From: an uncultured Syntrophaceae bacterium
GTDB taxonomy: Bacteria > Desulfobacterota > Syntrophia > Syntrophales > UBA2210
DNA: 30,973 bases
Direction of reading: 5' to 3'
Assembly: GCA_964441165.1 (NCBI GenBank)
Contig: CAYTUH010000002.1
Coordinates: 1 to 30,973, forward strand
Position 1 is the first letter of the stretch; the number at the start of each line of letters is the position of its first letter. The notes beneath the pieces were generated by a model that made no database searches, was not told the origin of the DNA, and saw only the letters and a program-made list of their open reading frames with translations. Positions 26,986 to 30,973 of the stretch are shown in pieces. The position numbers and the translations under genes were made by a program.

Positions 26986-27660
26986 ATGGAAGAACTCTTC
27001 TTCATAAAAAACGATGTGCTGCCCGTACTGATCAGGGGATTGATCGTCAGCATCCAGCTGATCATCCCCTCGGCACTCTGTGGCCTCTGCATCGGTGTCT
27101 TCATCGGCGTATTACGGGTATTCGGCACCGTCGTCACCCGGAAGCTCGCCGACACATATGTCATGCTCTTCAGGGGATTCCCACTTATCGTGCAGCTTTT
27201 CATCTGGTATTTCGGCCTGCCCCATCTCGGCATCTATCTGTCACCCTACGCCGCATCGATTGTCGCCTTTTCACTCTGCAGCGGCGCCTACCACTCGGAA
27301 TACGTCCGGGGAGCCCTTCTTTCAATCAAACGGGGGCAGCTTATGGCCGCCCAGGCCCTTGGGTTTACGAAAGTAAAGATGATCCTTTCCATCGTACTCC
27401 CCCAGGCGGTTCGACGTGCCCTCCCGGGGTGCGGTAACGAAATCATCTATCTTATTAAATATTCCTCATTGGCCTATATGGTGACCTGTATCGAACTCAC
27501 GGGAAAAGGACACACCATTGCATCGGAAACCTTCAAATTTACTGAAATATTTTTGATTGTGGGAATCATATATCTCTTTCTCACCACCCTGGCAAGCTGG
27601 CTGCTTCGCTACTGTGAAGGCCGCGTTCGCATTCCCGGGTTCGAGCATCATGCCATGTAA
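26986..27660 (+). CDS. Polar amino-acid ABC transporter permease, second subunit
   Basis: FRGFPLIVQLF, SEYVRGALLSI..GQ..AA.ALG, VLPQAVRR, KYSSL. Start ATG 26986 is 7 nt after the ATPase stop. Confidence 0.93.
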   Translation: MEELFFIKNDVLPVLIRGLIVSIQLIIPSALCGLCIGVFIGVLRVFGTVVTRKLADTYVMLFRGFPLIVQLFIWYFGLPHLGIYLSPYAASIVAFSLCSGAYHSEYVRGALLSIKRGQLMAAQALGFTKVKMILSIVLPQAVRRALPGCGNEIIYLIKYSSLAYMVTCIELTGKGHTIASETFKFTEIFLIVGIIYLFLTTLASWLLRYCEGRVRIPGFEHHAM

Positions 27661-27708
27661 GAGAGCCTTCTCCCTATCTTGCCGGGGCAGAGATTGGATC
27701 GAATAAGC

Positions 27709-29130
27709 ATGCCACTTTACAGACCACTCAGCACGGAAATCATAAGCCGCATTGAAAGAGAAATGGGTACGGGACAGGTGAAACGTGATCCCGGGACGCT
27801 GCGGGAGTTTGGACAGGATTCCGGTGAAACATGCTGTCTTCCCGAACTTGTGGTCAACGCAACATCGGTTGATCAGATCCAGGCACTCCTCAGACTCGCC
27901 AATGCCTTTCACTTCCCCGTCACACCGCGGGGCCTCGGCACGGGTCTCGCAGGAGGGGCGGTCCCGGTATACGGAGGCGTCATCCTGTCACTCGCCGGAA
28001 TGAACCGGATTCTCGATATCGACAGAGAAAATCTCATCGCCGTGGTGGAACCGGGCGTGCTGAATATGGACCTCAAAAACGCCGTCCACGCTGTGGGGCT
28101 CTTTTATCCGCCCGATCCGGCCAGCCTGGACACCTGTTCCATCGGAGCAAACGCCGCGACGAATGCCGGCGGTCCAGCCTGCGTCAAATACGGGACGACG
28201 CGAGATTATGTCCTCGGCATCGAGGCGGTTCTCCCCTCGGGAGACCTCATAACCGCCGGTGTGCAGACCAGAAAAGGCGTTGTCGGCTATGACATGCTTC
28301 ATCTGCTTATCGGATCCGAGGGGACCCTCGGCGTCATGACGAAACTGATTCTCAAACTCCTCCCCCATCCGCCGGCCCTCACCACCATGGTGGCCTTCTT
28401 CCCGGCATTGACGGATGCAATGACCGCAGTGAAGGATACCCTCACGGGCGGGCACATACCCTGTGCCATCGAATTTCTTGACAGGAAATGCCTTGACGTC
28501 GTGGGAGACCTGCTCCCCTTTGAAGAAGCGGCGGAAGCGGGTACCTTTCTCCTCGTTGAGATAGACGGACCGATCGAGGCCATCACGAAGGAAATAGAGG
28601 AAATCGGCGTTATCTGCATGGAGAAAGGGGCGCTCCACGTCATTATGGCCCCCGATTCTCTGAAGCGAACAAAAATGTGGGAAATACGCAGGCAGGTGGC
28701 TCTCAGGATCGAGGAGCGCTTTCCCCTCTATATACCCGAAGACATTGTAGTCCCCATCGGCAGAATAGCCGATTTTGTGGCCTGTCTGCCGGAGTATGAG
28801 GCCCAATTCGGCATGAACATTTATTCCTTCGGCCACGCGGGAGACGGAAACATCCATCTCAACATCACGGCGGATAGCCCGGATCTCAGGCCCCGGGTGG
28901 ATGCGGGCATTGAAGCGTTGCTGAAGCATGTGCTCTCTATGGGCGGCACCATGTCGGGGGAACATGGCATCGGCATGGCGAAAAAACAGTTTCTCTCCTT
29001 TGAACTGTCGCCGGAAAGTATCCGGCTGCAGAAAAAAATCAAGAAGATTTTCGATCCACAGCTCATACTCAACCCGGGAAAGATCTTCGACCTCGATCCA
29101 GACATGGATTTTAAGACTGAAATCTCATGA
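27709..29130 (+). CDS. FAD-linked oxidase/dehydrogenase, GlcD / D-2-hydroxyacid family
   Basis: RGLGTGLAGGA, YPPDPAS, IGANAATNAGG, GSEGTLG, FGHAGDGNIH, SGEHGIG, LNPGK. Start could also be 27679. Confidence 0.93.
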   Translation: MPLYRPLSTEIISRIEREMGTGQVKRDPGTLREFGQDSGETCCLPELVVNATSVDQIQALLRLANAFHFPVTPRGLGTGLAGGAVPVYGGVILSLAGMNRILDIDRENLIAVVEPGVLNMDLKNAVHAVGLFYPPDPASLDTCSIGANAATNAGGPACVKYGTTRDYVLGIEAVLPSGDLITAGVQTRKGVVGYDMLHLLIGSEGTLGVMTKLILKLLPHPPALTTMVAFFPALTDAMTAVKDTLTGGHIPCAIEFLDRKCLDVVGDLLPFEEAAEAGTFLLVEIDGPIEAITKEIEEIGVICMEKGALHVIMAPDSLKRTKMWEIRRQVALRIEERFPLYIPEDIVVPIGRIADFVACLPEYEAQFGMNIYSFGHAGDGNIHLNITADSPDLRPRVDAGIEALLKHVLSMGGTMSGEHGIGMAKKQFLSFELSPESIRLQKKIKKIFDPQLILNPGKIFDLDPDMDFKTEIS

Positions 29131-29363
29131 GGAAAGACGCCTAAAGCCCGGAGCGGCCTGATCGCTGCGTAATCATATACCGTCGCCTGCTGCACCCCTC
29201 TGGCAATCCATGTCATTGCGGTATCGACGCGCAGTGCGTCGTAGATTCTGCCCATCAGTCAACACTGCAGAGGTGCCGTTCTCAAGATCCCTCTCCCGGA
29301 GATTGCCGGAAGATTCGATATTATCCATTGATATTTGAAAGAAAGTTTTGTAATCATTCCACT

Positions 29364-30785
29364 ATGAATTACAGCGAAACGGACAGTGCACAGGCATATG
29401 CGGGGAAGGCCCTCATTGCGGACCCCATATACCAGTATATTCTTTTTACCGTACCGCTCCAGGGGGAACCGTCGGAAAAAACGGAAAAGGATCTGATTGA
29501 TTCACCCTGGCTGCAGCGGCTGCGAAGGATATATCAGCTTCAGAGTGCACGATGGGTTTACCCTGCCGCCGAACACACGCGTTTTCAGCATTCGCTGGGG
29601 ACCATGCACATGGCCGGCGAATTCGGAAGGCATCTTTACCCCAGTTTGCGGGAACGCTTTTCCGATGTTCCCTCAATCCACTACGTTGAGGAACTGCTCC
29701 GGGTAGCGGGGCTGCTTCATGATGTGGGTCACGGCCCCTACGGTCATTTTTTCGATGACAATTTTCTTCGTCAGTACCACCTGACCCACGAGAAATTGAG
29801 CCAGGAAATCATCATCAGGAAGCTGGGAAGGCTCATAGGGGAAATCCGGAGAAGCCCCTCGGGACCCTTCCGGCCCGACGAGTCCCTGTCGCCCCGTGAA
29901 ATTGCCTTTCTGATCAAGAAACCCGAGGGAGAAGATCCTGTGTCTCGGCCGGAATGGCTGCATTTTCTGCGGCAGCTCTTCACCGGTATTTATACCGTGG
30001 ACAATCTCGATTATGTCCAGCGTGATGCCTACATGACGGGATTTTCCATCGACATTGTCGACATCCAGAGGCTCTGTTTCTACAGTTTTTTTACGAAGGA
30101 AGGACTTACCCTGCACCAGGCGGGGACGTCGGCATTGAACAGGTTTCTCAATGCCCGGTTGAACCTCTATACCAATGTCTATTATCATCGCACGACCCGC
30201 GCTATCGATCTCCACCTGCAGGAGATATTTCGCGAAACGGTCAACATCCTGTTTTCAGTCAATCCCGCCGAAGCGCTCGACCGGTATCTCGACCTTGACG
30301 ACTGGAGTCTCTTTCAGGAGGTCAAACACTGGTTCACGTCATCGGAAAAGAGGAAAAAGGCGCTGGGCCGCGAATGGAACAAAGTGCATGCCCGGAAAGT
30401 CAAATGGAAGATGTCCTTTGCCACGGAGCTTTCCGTTGACCAGATTCAGAAAGGTGCCCGTTTTTCCAGGGCCCAGGATTACGAACGGCACATCAGGGAA
30501 CAGCTTCCCCCTTCCCTGCGGGGAATAAAATTTCGCGTTGACATGGCCACACAGGACCCGCGGCCGATCAACCCGATGATTGAACAGGACAAAAGGATCA
30601 CGATTTTCAATCCTTCGACGAAAACGGTTTCTCTGGAACCGCTCCAGGAGATTTACCGCTTTATTCCGGCGCGGGTGGTTCACTTCAGGGTATTTGCCCT
30701 CAATCACACCCATGACGAGGCTCTGAACACCGCCGCCGAGCACGTGCTCGGGTCGCTGGGCGAAGGGATGAGCACAAATATTTAA
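29364..30785 (+). CDS. HD-domain phosphohydrolase, SAMHD1-like / dNTP triphosphohydrolase-like
   Basis: DPIYQYI, LQRLRRIYQL, YP.AEHTRFQHSLG, LLHDVGHGPYGH, DNLDY..RD, VYYH. Start could also be 29328. Confidence 0.9.
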   Translation: MNYSETDSAQAYAGKALIADPIYQYILFTVPLQGEPSEKTEKDLIDSPWLQRLRRIYQLQSARWVYPAAEHTRFQHSLGTMHMAGEFGRHLYPSLRERFSDVPSIHYVEELLRVAGLLHDVGHGPYGHFFDDNFLRQYHLTHEKLSQEIIIRKLGRLIGEIRRSPSGPFRPDESLSPREIAFLIKKPEGEDPVSRPEWLHFLRQLFTGIYTVDNLDYVQRDAYMTGFSIDIVDIQRLCFYSFFTKEGLTLHQAGTSALNRFLNARLNLYTNVYYHRTTRAIDLHLQEIFRETVNILFSVNPAEALDRYLDLDDWSLFQEVKHWFTSSEKRKKALGREWNKVHARKVKWKMSFATELSVDQIQKGARFSRAQDYERHIREQLPPSLRGIKFRVDMATQDPRPINPMIEQDKRITIFNPSTKTVSLEPLQEIYRFIPARVVHFRVFALNHTHDEALNTAAEHVLGSLGEGMSTNI

Positions 30786-30876
30786 CGACCGAAATCAGCG
30801 GACACCGCGTGACTTCCGGGGCGAAGGATGCGTGTGGGCATGTCTTCTGATTTCTTTTTTTTAAGGAACGAGTGCA

Positions 30877-30973
30877 ATGAAAGAAAAGGAAACAACGGAC
30901 CTTACCCTGTTCGTCAGGACGTCCCAGGAAGACATTACCGGCTGGAACCGGCAGCGAATCGTCGATGCCCTTA
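30877..30973 (+). CDS. nrdD: Probable anaerobic ribonucleoside-triphosphate reductase, N-terminal ATP-cone; runs off the window
   Basis: MKEKETTDLTLFVRTSQEDITGWNRQRIVDAL resembles the ATP-cone start of deltaproteobacterial NrdD; only 32 aa are visible. Confidence 0.65.
   Translation, partial: MKEKETTDLTLFVRTSQEDITGWNRQRIVDAL

Noticed and set aside
27988-28965. 325-aa minus-strand ORF
   Set aside because: It is codon-for-codon antisense to the GlcD-like gene and has no motifs.
1-30973. CRISPR array, transposase, integrase or prophage
   Set aside because: No regularly spaced repeats or mobile-element proteins were recognised.

Overview
About 31 kb of bacterial chromosome; gene content suggests an anaerobic Desulfobacterota/Syntrophales-like organism (inference). 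The left ~17.5 kb is part of a PEP-CTERM-type exopolysaccharide locus on the minus strand. Reading right to left it encodes a TPR lipoprotein, a short OPX/Wza-like export protein, an outer-membrane beta-barrel, a chain-length co-polymerase, a separate BY-kinase, an ExeA-like ATPase, a priming sugar transferase, a WlbA/B/C-like diacetamido-sugar triad and a FemAB-like GNAT. It ends in a deacetylase-GT4 fusion that runs off the left edge and is missing from the ORF track. A PEP-CTERM protein is transcribed divergently from a clear sigma-54 promoter with two identical TGT-N11-ACA enhancer-like sites. The right part is mostly housekeeping: tRNA-Leu(CAA), a DUF318 permease, a TPR protein, tRNA-Ala(CGC), a glucosylglycerate/mannosylglycerate synthase-like GT, a FadB/FadJ-like enzyme, a polar amino-acid ABC transporter, a GlcD-like FAD oxidase, a SAMHD1-like HD hydrolase and the start of nrdD. 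The best lead is the priming glycosyltransferase, which carries an N-terminal degenerate GGDEF-like domain with an intact RxxD I-site (a candidate c-di-GMP-gated initiation step). Also notable are a Walker A Lys-to-Arg change in the BY-kinase and an in-frame duplication in the GT4 domain that looks like an assembly artefact. No exosortase, prsK/prsR, wzx/wzy, integrase, transposase or CRISPR array is visible. All family calls come from motif recognition; no database search was run.
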